In this document: positions 1 to 12,200 of the stretch, in pieces
Position numbering within the stretch: position 1 is the stretch's first letter
How the letters are laid out: the number at the start of each line of letters is the position of its first letter
NCBI GenBank assembly: GCA_973895155.1
Contig: OZ316893.1
Span: forward strand, 10,917,660 to 10,981,659
Source: Marsupella aquatica
Taxonomy: Eukaryota > Plantae > Marchantiophyta
DNA length: 64,000 nucleotides
Direction: 5' to 3'
Notes under the pieces: generated by a model
What the model was told of the DNA's origin: nothing
Database searches by the model: none
Seen by the model: the letters and a program-made list of their open reading frames with translations, nothing else
Made by a program: the position numbers and the translations under genes

Positions 1-1579
1 GGTCAAAGGCTTGATCTCGCTGAACCTATTCTAATTGCAATCACACAGTACCAAACATCTTTATACAGGACATGTCCCGTGATTCAATCTTCGCCAGAAA
101 CCTGTGATAAACCCCCAATAGATTCCCTTTCCCTGAGGGGTTAGGCACGTTGCTCCCAGCGCTAGGCATGTTGAGACACTTGTCTCATTCCTTACTTTTA
201 TGGAGGTTGTCATTTGATTGACCAGCTTTTACACGACTCTTCCTATGAGGGATTGAGGTCTCCACTCCTCACACCCAGGGTTTTGGGTAGATTCCCTACT
301 GGTTGGTCTTGCGTTATTTGTTGCTAACTGTAGAAGGGTTTGTAATGCTTCTCAGCTGTACATCAATGTGTCTTGCGGTTCCTTCAAACTGCTACTACAG
401 GACGAGGGATTACTCTTCGGTAGGACTACTTTACATAGAACAGCCTCTAGTTCAACCTCTACTGCTTGGAAGTTTCATTTGGAAATTGGAAGCCTTTAAG
501 AGGAGAAATTGTCGAGAGAGAACCCAGTGCAGCATTCTGCAAAGCAAACTGCACTTGACAAACCTGACCTTCTCAGTTTGACTTGGGACTAGTATCTAAT
601 TTATCTATTTATCATTGCTCAAAGTATTGTAAAGCCCTCTCCTATCAGGTAGCCATCTGAATGCAAAAGCCCTTGGCCAGGCAGTCCTTACCCCTCTATT
701 TATGAGAATTCCCTTATCGGATGGCTTTTCCTTATACATTCTCCTGATACATGGCCATGTGATGGGCATCTGTGTTCCCTGAGTTTTTGTGATCCCACCC
801 CTATGGAGTCCCTTCAAGGCAATTTGCTCTATGCGTATCTCACCTTTACAATGTGAAGTCTGTCATTGTCCATATATTGCTTTAAAGTGCCACTGGCCAT
901 AAAAAGCCACAAACACGAAAGTCCACACACCTCCTTCACTCCTCTCTGCCATGGACAACACTCTAGTACCAGTTATACCATTGGTTTCCGTCACATATTT
1001 CTAAACCTAATGGTCCAGGTTTTAGAGATGGTCAGTGGCGGTTTAAAACAAAAGTATATGTGAACAATGGATTGGTAATATATATAAGGGCATCCATCCA
1101 GAAACCCTTATGAGCTGCAGGTTTGGGTAGATAATGTGCACGAACAGCAAAAGGGAGCAAATAGATGCAAGGAGGTGTCAAGTGCAGCCTCCAAAGTCGC
1201 AGGGACCGCCTTGAGCCACCTCCTAGACTGTTGATGAGTATCTAACAATAAAGAGGAATTGCATGGCCTACAGTTTGTGAAAGAAATTGATTGGAAAACT
1301 GAAAAACCAATGTGACTCGCAAGAGTATGGTCCATCCCCTCAACATTTAGTAGCAGGGAAATGACTTCAAGTCCAATTTGTGACATTGGAGATATTGGCA
1401 ACCAGAGTGAGTTTTTCTCAATGCTAGCCTGAATCCACGTGCATATGCACGTGAAAGACTCCCCCTACCCAGACTCCCAATGTTCATTCCTACTCACAAG
1501 CATAGACTGAATATCAGAATTTTCTGTTACTAAAGAGAGATTTTGACCCATGGCTTTACTTTACAGAGTAGGTTGGGGG

Positions 1580-1875
1580 AGTCCCCATGCTCATTCCTAT
1601 TCACAAGCGTACACTAAATATCAGTCATAGCAGTCCCCATGCTCATTCCTATTCACAAACATAAACTAGATATCATTTGTTTTTCAGTCATAGCAGTCCC
1701 CATGCTCATTCCTATTTACAAACATAAACTAAATATCATTTGTTTTTCAGTCATAGCAGTCCCCACGCTCATTTCTATTCACAAACATAAACTAAATATC
1801 ATTTGTTTTTCAGTCATAGCAGTCCCCACGCTCATTTCTATTCACAAACATAAACTAAATATCATTTGTTTTTGT
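1580..1875. repeat. Tandem array, 63-bp unit, 4 near-identical copies plus degenerate upstream copies
   Basis: GTCATAGCAGTCCCC recurs at 1624, 1687, 1750 and 1813 (period 63). Related partial units lie at about 1470-1620. Confidence 0.92.
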
Positions 1876-3661
1876 CAGAAGAAATATTTTGACCTATGGT
1901 TTCACTTCACAGAGTAGATCATGAACAGTAGACTTCGTAGTGAATTAAATATAAATATATTTTATAAATGCATTTAACAGTATATCCCTAATGAATGCAT
2001 CAAGGATCTTGACAGTGGCATCCTTTCATATTCAGATTTGCTACCTAGGAGAAAGCTCAAGTGCAACTGCCGTCGGACATTCTTAGCTCCTGTGAGGTTG
2101 TTGTCACGCCACTGTACCAATGTGGATAATTTCGCCTTATCAATGACAGATTTGCTGAAAGACACCCCAGATTCTGCGTCAACCACATAACTTTGGTTGA
2201 ACATGGCCTACAAATATCAAGTGTTCCCCGAGAATGATGAATTCGGTTGACGCTGCCCCAGCCTATTTGTGGAGTGAAAAAAGGAAGAATCTCAGGCATT
2301 ACTCGATTAGTACCTTCTATTACAGCAACAACTCGTCAAGAAACCTTAGCTATACATTGGATGCCTGAATCAGCAGCCAAACGACGTATGGGCAGGATAA
2401 ACTTGGCTGAAGATTGCCCCACAGATAGTCTTTTGTCTCTCAGGTGAGCTACAATCCAAAGGTGGAAAAATTTGCCATGCTTCAATGACTTGCCCCGGTA
2501 AAACACAATCAAACAGTACTCGAGAAGAACAATAAATCAAATACCCGGCTACATTCCTGGATACTGAGAAGCAAGTAACACCTCCTAATGAGTTGGAAGA
2601 TACCGCTCGAAGTTGTAGTAGGTGAATGGAAATGATTACCGTTTTCTCTCCAGAGGTTCCGAGGATGGCAAGAAAGAAAGCTGACAAAAAGAACGTCAAC
2701 GATTGAATGTATCCAATTTGTGGGGCCCACATCAAATCCTGGGATCAACACAGAGAAGAGTGCAAATTCATGGACAATGTTGGAGAACCAGAAATTGACA
2801 ACCAGGTCTAGCGTAACGATTTTCTAGCACTGTTAATCAAAAGGAGAGGGCGAAAGGGACAATGTTAAGTACAGGAGTAACTAACTACCGAAGAGTTCCT
2901 GGTACTTCCCTGGTTGTTTGGACTAACTTTTCTAGGAGAAAACCCTAAATTCAGCAGTAGAGCATAATCATTGGTGAGTTCATTATTTGTGACACACAAG
3001 GTCAGGCCGTGGTGTACCAAAAAGGATGGCGACTCTCCTTTAAACTACACGAGACTGCGTGTACCAATCCCAATTACAAATGCAGCAGGTGACAAAAGGG
3101 GGGACAATTCCAAATTAACTTGACAGCGTTTCTTTGGATTAGAAAAATTCAGTCCCTGCTATACGCGAAAGTGCTTTTACATGTGTGTTCCTAATTCTCA
3201 AATGACGATGCTGAGAGGGTTTGCGAAACTCCAAAAACTGAGATTCTAGCCCATCTTCGCTATCCGAGAAAACTAGAATAGGGACACCTCAAGTTCAAGG
3301 TCTTCCTGAATACCTCAACTAAGGTATGAGCGATTCTGGTGAAAATTATTCCGTGGTAGTCCAGATGTATGTGACCGCCGTCCATGTCTGTTGCTTGGGT
3401 AGCTGTGAACTTCTGTAGCAGCACTATACAATGACGTTTCAGAGATCTCAGCTGCATTGATGACGGGTTGGGCAGCAAAAGCGTGGCCGTCTTGTCAACG
3501 CAGAATGAATTCTGGAGCCACCATTCCGTTGAATAGAACCTGGCGTTGTGATAGTTTGGTTTCCGCCCCTGCACCTAAGATGATGATACCCTTGAAGGGC
3601 ACAAATTGACAAAGGGCCACCAAAGACTTCCAAATTTCTGAGATGTGCAAGCCATATTTCA

Positions 3662-6600
3662 TCAAATAACTAAAGTTGTGGGAGATGAAGGCACTAGATC
3701 ACTCTTGGCTATTTCTCCTAAACTTCCAATAGTCTTTTCCCTTCCAGAATAACCTTTCTGGGTAGGATGTCGTTTGTCGTTTGCAACGGACAACAGTTGC
3801 GGCATGTAATAGGACTTATCTGAGACAATTTCTATGCGTTGCCTCGGGTCGTACATGTTTTCATCTCTCAAAGCGTCCAGGATACCATCGGGTGAAAGAT
3901 CCCTGCAGATCAGCAATTCGTGTTAAAATTTCCACACCAGGCATCAGAGAATTCTATAAGCTGATATCTCATAAATAAGCAGAGCAGAACTTCTGCAAAT
4001 CGACACAAATAGGCACTTCTACAGCAGGTAGGAAAAAACTTGTAAATTTCTCCATACTTCTCGAGCGGCACCACAGCAACAAAGTCATGTAAGTACGTGA
4101 GCAGGTGCGGCTTAAATACCTTTTAATCAATATACGATAGAGAGTTTGCAAGATAGGGCACAGTTCCACCGGGGTGACGGGAATTTTCAATTCAGGATGA
4201 ATCACACTTAAGCTTGGCTGTCGTAGTAATTCATGGAATGCTTCCACAGCTGAAACGCCCTGCGCCACACAGAAAACCGAAAGTTTACTGGAGGTCACCA
4301 CGACAACACAAATTTTATCCACTAGTGTACTTAGGTGACATGAAGACTAGTAACGTTCATGTCTCATTACCCCAATGGTCTAAGACTCCGCTCTGTTATC
4401 ACGAACATATGATGACGATAGTTTGTCGCCAAGTAGACAATTTACCTTCCAAAGACTTATTTAATTACACAAATGATTATGCTCAGCAATTATTACTTAT
4501 TGCAGAAAATGGTTCGGGAGTATTGACAACTTCGCACCAAAGACTCTAAATGCTAAAAAATAGCGTAGCCATCGCATTCTTCTCTCATAAATCATAAGCG
4601 CTGACATGAACGAGACAGGAACTGTACCTGAATCATACCCTTCCCCTTTACATTGTCACCTTGTGCTGGTAAGAGCTCACCCTTCGCCACCTTATACCCA
4701 TACCATGCATTTCGTCCTTTCAGCAAAGTCACATAAGTATCAGCAAGAAGCGGCCCGGCAAGCCGTTCTGGCTCCTCCGACAACAAGTGTGTGATGTAGA
4801 TCATCTCTGACGTACAGAGTGCAAAATACACCGACTTGCTAGTGGCACTCTCGTTAGTCAGAGCTGCAACCATGCCTGAATGTCCCAACAAAACACAATC
4901 CCCAAGATAAGATCAGTGACAGGAGATGAGATAGTATTGTCAAGTGAGACATGTATGGAAAAATATTAGGTATCAACTGCGAGTGGTCTTGTAAGGAGGA
5001 CTCTCACACTCTGCTACCAATTTGATGGACAGCTACGCCGGTTCTTCATTTAAGGATTCAGGCTAGCATCAGGTAATCAGTTTTGGCTCGTCTGTCTCCA
5101 GACCTTTGCCACACATTTGGGAAGATTAATGAGCAGACAGCAAGGTGCCAGACACTGAAAGAAAGGAGCAAATACCCAGCTGGCAAACAACAGCCAGCCT
5201 TCCTTCTTTCTCCGTGTTAGTTCCCAAATAGGTCATCTTGGTTGCTCCTAAGCTATCGTCTAGGTGGGCCAAGTTGCACAATCACGTCAAGCATTGCCAG
5301 GCTAGTTCGCTCTGTAGGTATATATAGGGGTTTACTTCACTATCTTTCTCCCGCATTAGAATTTTCCCTTCATCTCTGGAACCGTAGATTGGTGAGAGAC
5401 TTACCAGCACCAATCGCGTACACGTTTTTGAGCCCTCCCATGACTTCGTGGGTGACAAGATCAGAGTTGTCCCATACAATAAAATGAGGCTGCCGAAGAA
5501 AACGTGATAATGGCTTTCTCCACTTCTCAGAGCCACAAATTCTGGCGTTCGCATACTCTTTGTTGTAGACTTCTGCCGCGATATTCGGGCCACCCAAGTA
5601 CAGGACTTGATCAGGTGGTACCCCGGCTGCACACCCCAAGTACCATCAATAATTTCAGTCCAAGCTTGTCACAAAAGGTGTCAAAGGAAGACGAGCGTGA
5701 ATGACGTCGAACCCAACTCCACTCTTAATAGCACAAGGAAAAGCATTGCAAGGAAGAATTTTTTTAAAGCGGGAAAGAACAAAACCGTTACGGTCCACGA
5801 TTTATACGAAATTTCCAAATTCTATCAACATAGCTCGCACTTGTTGCGGGGAAGGACAGACAACCGAACAAGAAAAGACATTAAAACCTCGTTCAATCTG
5901 AGAGCTGGTGGAAGATGGTCAAGCAGCTCCAGTAATACCCGGCAAGGCAATTCTCCGTTCTATGCTTCTTACCGCTGTGGAATTTTACGGATGGACACAA
6001 ACGAAGACGGACAGTAGAACGAACGAGAAAACAAATCTCTCGTTCAAACCGAAGGTGGATAATGATCAGCCAGCTCCAGTGACACCAGACAAGGCTTTCC
6101 TCTCAATCCAATTATTGGCTTGCAGGGCCAAGGAACAGGTAAGGCAAATCAGTCCCATTACCTACATTTACCAGTACACCAGGCAAGGCGATTCTACTTC
6201 GGTATTATCTTTTTAGACTTGAATTTAGGTCAAACGGAAGATAAAGTTTCCTTTGGGAGTTCCCCTTCTGGTATCTGACCTCCCTAGGAAAATAGCATAG
6301 TAGAATAGAACAGCAAAGGTGCGAGAATAGGGAAAGCAATTATCAGATTTCCACATGCTTTCACACTTGAAGTATAGGCTCGCACAGAAAACGGAGTATA
6401 GGAGCACAGAAAGAAAATATAGAGAGTGAGTGCGGGAGGGAGGAGGCGAGACAATTGACTCACTTGCGTCGATGATCATCTGGGTAGGCGTGACAATGTG
6501 CGGAACGGGAGAAATTGACGCTTCCACACCCTTACAGAGCGAAATGATGATAGGCAAGGCACGCCGCTCGCGCCAGTAGCGGCCAATTTGCTCAAAGACG

Positions 6601-7992
6601 GCTCTGATCTCCGTTGATGGCAGTCCATTCACGACGATGTCGGCGTCCCAGACCGCCTCCTCCAGGTTCGTGACGACCTTCAAAGGGCAGAGCGGCGTAT
6701 CCAGCATGTTGACGCAAAATCCATCTCGCAGAATTTCGTCGGCGTAGAGAGTACGATCGCCTAGACGCGCCTCCACATACTTGAGATACGCACACTTGCG
6801 AATCAGCCTGCGGAGGACGTCTTCCCGCGCATTGATCACATCGAACAGATGCTCTGCTGCTACTCGATCAACTACTTTCCCTCCCCGGCGCCAAATCCGA
6901 ACCTGCTCACGCGCTCGATCAAAAGGAATGGATGAGAACAGTGCCGAATATAGAACGATCCGATTCAGCTTATCCCTTCGCTTTTCTTTCCTTCAATTGA
7001 GCTTTCATTCGGCTGAATGGAATGTGATGAACCAAAACCCTCCACGCAAGAACAAACAGACCAAAGAACAGAACAGAACAGAACAGAACAGAGCCGGAAA
7101 CAAGGAATGTTCAAAGTGGATTTTCTACCTTTCCCTTCCAATTCAACTTGCTTTCAGCTTTGAGGGCAAATGAGTGTGCAAGAATCTCAAAGCAGAGCAA
7201 GCAATCCTAAATTAGACGAAAAGGAAGGGGTGACAGAAACAGAGGTATGTAACCTCATGAGACCTCTTGGAAAAGGAAAAAATACCGCAGATTCGATTTG
7301 ATTGTGATTTTTCCACTTTCCTTTCAATTGAACTTTCACTAGAATGGGTGACCATAACCCTCAGATGTTGCCAAGAAAGACCGGAAAGGTAGGACAATAT
7401 ACGAGAACTGACCCTCTTGACCCCTCCCCGAGAAGAAACGCAGCTGTTCCTTTCAATTTAGGTTCCAGTCGGCTCGGTGGGCGAGTAAGAGGGGGCAAAA
7501 CCCTCAGAGCAAGTCCAACAAAAAATGGACTGGAGATGGCAACAAAAGGAGAGTCAAGAAGTCCTAGTGCCCCTCCGTAAGAAATATTTGCTACAACAAG
7601 TGCGTTGTACATCGACAATCCTACTTCCTCGCGAGAACGCAATATTCTTTTGCACATGCATTCGTTTTAGGTCGAGCTAATTCATTAGGTACTTTGTTGA
7701 GTACAATCGTCGGTTGAGCACTGTGAACCAGCACAAGTACCAGAGTAGAGGAGTACTGCCACACCTGTACAGAATCCCTTAAATGTCCGTAAGCATCCTG
7801 CAGCATGGCGATGAACACGCTGCCCCATGCGCCAGCACCGACCCCCACAATCCTGAGAGCGTCGCCGTCTGTCTTGCCCAACAGCCTGCGCAGCTCTGTC
7901 AGGCGCTCTAGCGTGGGCTCTAACGTCGTCTTCGGCAAGGCATTCACTAGCGCATTCGTTCTAAGACTAGACAATCCTCCTCCTCCTGCCAT
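3662..7992 (-). CDS. GPDHc: Cytosolic glycerol-3-phosphate dehydrogenase [NAD+] (plant GPDHc type), 6 exons, 505 aa
   Basis: Exons 7765-7992, 6464-6902, 5405-5626, 4628-4875, 4120-4259, 3662-3902, all with GT..AG boundaries and continuous frame (1518 nt). The translation has the Rossmann motif [60 protein letters not shown], SKSVYFAxCTSEM, [10 protein letters not shown] and GKGMIQGVSAV, closely matching plant cytosolic GPDH. Confidence 0.96.
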
Positions 7993-8792
7993 CGCTCGTC
8001 CCTGTTCCTGTTCCTGATTAGAAGTTTTATTCTTCTCAAGCCGGGCATCAATTCAATCCAGAACTGTTGCTCCTTCCTCTGCCACCCTCCTCCTTTCTTT
8101 GCTTTCCTTCTCTACTTCCTCTTCCGCTTCCTCGTCTCCAACAAGCTGCTCCAACGCCTGGGCGAGGCAAGCTCGCCAAAATTGAGCAAGTTAGTCTACT
8201 ACTCACTGCCTACTACTCCTTACTGTACTCCGTTTCGCCAATTGTCCCTCATTATCCGCACTTCCGTATCCAAAATATGGATGTCACTCGACACCTCCAC
8301 TCCTCCAGTCCAGTCACCACTTCTCTAACCTCAAAAACACGCCACGCCACGCCACAGCACAGCACAGCCCACGAAGATGATCCCACCAGACAGCGTCACA
8401 ACAAATACGTAGATAATTATGTTATCCTCCTCCCTCCTCCGCCCGACTCAGAAGCTATCACGCAGCTATGCACTTATTATGATCAACGTGCGCTGAGCGT
8501 GGGAGACAGGAGGCTGCAGCAAGAGGAAAGGCAGGGGCAAGACGGAAAGGCAGAGGCAAAACGATGATGTCAATCTGATCCGGCACTGCTGCTGCTGCTG
8601 CTTCTGTCAAAATGCCCAAAGAAGTCTCTCAGACTCTCACGTCTCTACTCTACTACTGAAGCTCGTCTCGACTGGTCATTCGGTTTTGTGGCGAAAGACG
8701 ATCTCTCGTCGCCCGCCGCTGAGGCAGCCTGTGCACCAGACGGACAGACAGCGACAGTCCGAAGCAAAACAGACTAAAGTGGGCATACGGCA

Positions 8793-9208
8793 GAAAAGAA
8801 AGGAAACAACATCAAAATGTTTGCCACTACTACTGTACTACTTTAGTGTCATCGCAATGCATAAATGATTGTTAAAATAACAAATATTTGCCAAAGAAAG
8901 GAAACAACATCAAAATGTTTGCCACTACTACTATACTACTTTAGTGTCATCGCCATACGTAAATGATTGTTAGACTACCAAATATTTGCCAAAGAAAGGT
9001 AACAACATCAAAATGTTTGCCACTACTACTACTTTAGTGTCGTCGCAATACATATGTGATTGTTAAAATACCAAATATTTGCCACTTCTACTACCTTAGT
9101 GTCATCACCAATACATAAATGCTCGTTACAGCATCAAATGTTTGCCACTAGTAAGAGGAAGACAAGAAAGAAAAGAAGTTTGCCACTACTACTTTAGTGC
9201 CATCGCCA
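8793..9208. repeat. Tandem array, about 98-bp unit, 3 copies plus degenerate tails, upstream of GPDHc
   Basis: AAAGAAAGG(A/T)AACAACATCAAAATGTTTGCCACTACTACT...TTTAGTGTC recurs at about 8795, 8893 and 8991. TTTGCCACTA cores continue to about 9200. Confidence 0.88.
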
Positions 9209-12200
9209 CAAGGAATTAATTATTAATTCTGGGGAATATTTCTAAGCATCCTGGTGTATGTATACAATATTAATATTATCATTATTATTTAATAATGTTA
9301 GTTTATTCTGAGTGAACCCTGCGGATGGGGGGAACCAGCAGTGGCTTGATAGACGAAAAGATGGGAAAAGGCCATCCGGAGAGAACTACTGTAGCCAGAG
9401 CAGCCCTGCCAATACAGATCAATGTCAAAGCATATCTCACATTACTCACCAATCAACCATAAATCCTCATACACTAGCGTGCTTTAGATAGAACCAACAA
9501 CTAAATAATGTGTAGTCTAATCGTCCCAAACCAGCGCTGCTATATAGGTGGACAATTCAGCCAGGAAACTTTGAAGATGCTAGATGGTGAATCCACCTTT
9601 CACAATTTGTCTTATTAAGAATTTTTGTGTCATGCATTTTTATCTCAATGTGCCTTATCAAAGGGCTCCTTTGTATCCTACAGATTTTAAATTGATTTTT
9701 GGACCCCTTTACTTTTTGGTATCCTAGAGAATTTTGTACTTATTTTGGCAGCCCTCTTAATTTTTAATATTGTTATCTTGAACAAATTTTGTAAGTCTTC
9801 TCATGAGTGAGAAATGATTCTAAATAACTTGAACATATCATGTTTTAAGTTCCCTTCATGGGTTTCTTTCCTAATTTTATGGTTTTTATTGAATTAAGTG
9901 TTATTGATAAGGTACATTGAATTAATAAGTGCAGGCATTGTAGCTGCACCTTTGTGTCATAGAACTTGACTGTACTTGTCATTGGTCACTCACTATGTGC
10001 TTTCCTTTGTATATGTTCTATTTATATTATTTTATCCCACTCACACTTACTACGTATTCTAGTTCTTTTATCCACTTATATATGACTACAAGACAATAAA
10101 TCAACCATGTTATAGGATAAGCATGCTATATAAGTGGAGAATTCAGCCAGGAAACTAGATGTCAAAATCATCTATTCCCAAGCACACTATTCCAAGCATC
10201 AAAAGCATGAAAGACCAGCAGCCTAGCAGCACCATAAGGAACCAAGTCGAGAGTGTCGACCTTTTTGCTTCCAGCACCTCGATCTCTACTTGCGCTTGTC
10301 AATTTCCTTGTACAGTTGCTACTCCAACAGCAGCCAAGTGATCTAAAATTAATGTCTGAAAAAGCTCAGTGTTGATTGAAAATTCTCTTTTTTCTCGGGG
10401 TTGAACGTCCATCCAGTCCTAGCCAGCCACATGCTCCAAAGGATCGAGTAGACTGAGTGTGAACAATCTTAGTATCTGGGATTGTCCCATTCCCCAGGGT
10501 GTTTGTAGAATTCTAACGAGTTGGAGTCTACTGCAATAATCACTCTGTTCACTCAGCCAACTTAACAGCTGGCCTCTCTCCCGGACCAACAGAGTCTAGC
10601 ATGCAAGCATGTAAAGAAGAGATGGGGAATGGTCTTGGTAGAAATCATATTTGTAAATACAATAAAAACAGTGGAAATATTGTCCTGTCAACTGAAACAT
10701 CTTTAGTGCTAATGTAGTTAAATCCTCATTCATAAAATTTTCAGGTCACATTTATAAACAAAAGAAGTATAGAGTGACACACTGTCTGTATGGGTTAAGC
10801 ATCTGAGGCCTCCATGGGTGTTTATTTCCCAAACAAGAAACACAGACATTGTTTTACTCAACATGAAGCACACTCAGGGTGGACAACTAGAAAACCATCT
10901 AGAATGATTGTAATTTGTGTTTTACAGTAAAAAGCACAGCAAATATACAAAGTGAAAATCTATCCTGTGCTTTGAAAAGTTAGATACACCCATAAGATGG
11001 TAGCAAAGGGAACTCAACTTGTTCCCTTGAATGAAAAAGGAGTTTATTGCGTGCGTTCTGGCATCGACAAAAGACTAGACTAATCCATCTAAAGTTTTTA
11101 CTAAAAATTAAAAAAATATATCCTCATGTATATTTACAGTTCATATATGGAATTAAATGTAAAGTATGCTAGATGAGATCAACACCAACTTCAAACAGGC
11201 ATGGTTACTTTTCAGGCCGGACTGGTGGTAATGCTCTAACTAAGGTGGGCATTGCAACCAATCCTCACCATTCAAATGTCAGAACAAGCCAGACTTGAAC
11301 ACTTTACATTAAGTTGGGGGCACTTACCATTCCCAGTCTTAGTTACTTAGCTGCTAGTGTGTCCCTTTTGGGTCTCTTCGTTTGCTAATGTGGCCATGTT
11401 TGTTAATCAAAAACTTAGACCACCTCTTGAGGTGGTCTAAAGAACGGATCTCTTGGTCCATTCCTATTTAGGATCTTGCATTTATTTTTCAGCCTGACAC
11501 ATTTTTGGTCTGTCAGGCATTATAACTTTAGCTTATGCAATGGGTGAAGAGTGACAATTTGTGCCCCCAAGTGTTTGTAAAGCCCCCCCAGGCTGAGACT
11601 GGAAAAGAAACCCAGATGGACCATGAGGTCCAACAAAGAGCCTGGATAGACCACTAAAACTTGGATGAGTTTATTAACTGAAATATCTGAAAATAGGCAA
11701 AATATTGGTTTGAGCTCAATTCATCCATCATGGAAATGTTGGACGGCAAAAAACACACCATGGATAAAAACTTCTCATGGATATTGCATGAAGTTGACAG
11801 CTGTTGTCCAAGGCATCCACACCTCGGGCTAACCTGCGTTAACCGAAATATCCTTGATTATTTTTTGTCACTAAAGTTAACTTATGCTTATCCATCTTAA
11901 GCATATTAGCCTATGCCCAAAGAACGAGCATGTGATTTAAAGTCTTGACGATCATGAAACTACCCATCATGGGTATTATGGGTATCTTGGAAGGAGGATA
12001 GTTGTGACGACTATTCTTCAAGATCGAGAAACTTGAGCTAAAATGGGAGAAGAGGTACATCTCCATTCAAGGCAATTCGAACATTCGGTGACCGTTACAT
12101 GCTTCGAAAGCATATCCTCAGCTGCTGCTCCTGTGACATCTGTAGACTTAACTAAGGTCTATAGCTCCAGACCCTAGACACGAAATGTACCACCTCAGTA

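Noticed and set aside
1-1420. Possible degraded LINE or retroelement
   Set aside because: The composition is suggestive, but no RT, endonuclease or zinc-finger motif could be read in any frame.
1639-1917. 92-aa ORF with a 21-aa repeat
   Set aside because: A simple consequence of the 63-bp tandem unit; no other coding evidence.
8067-8567. 166-aa plus-strand ORF head-to-head with GPDHc
   Set aside because: Low-complexity antisense of the GPDHc 5' leader, with a TTG start and no domain.
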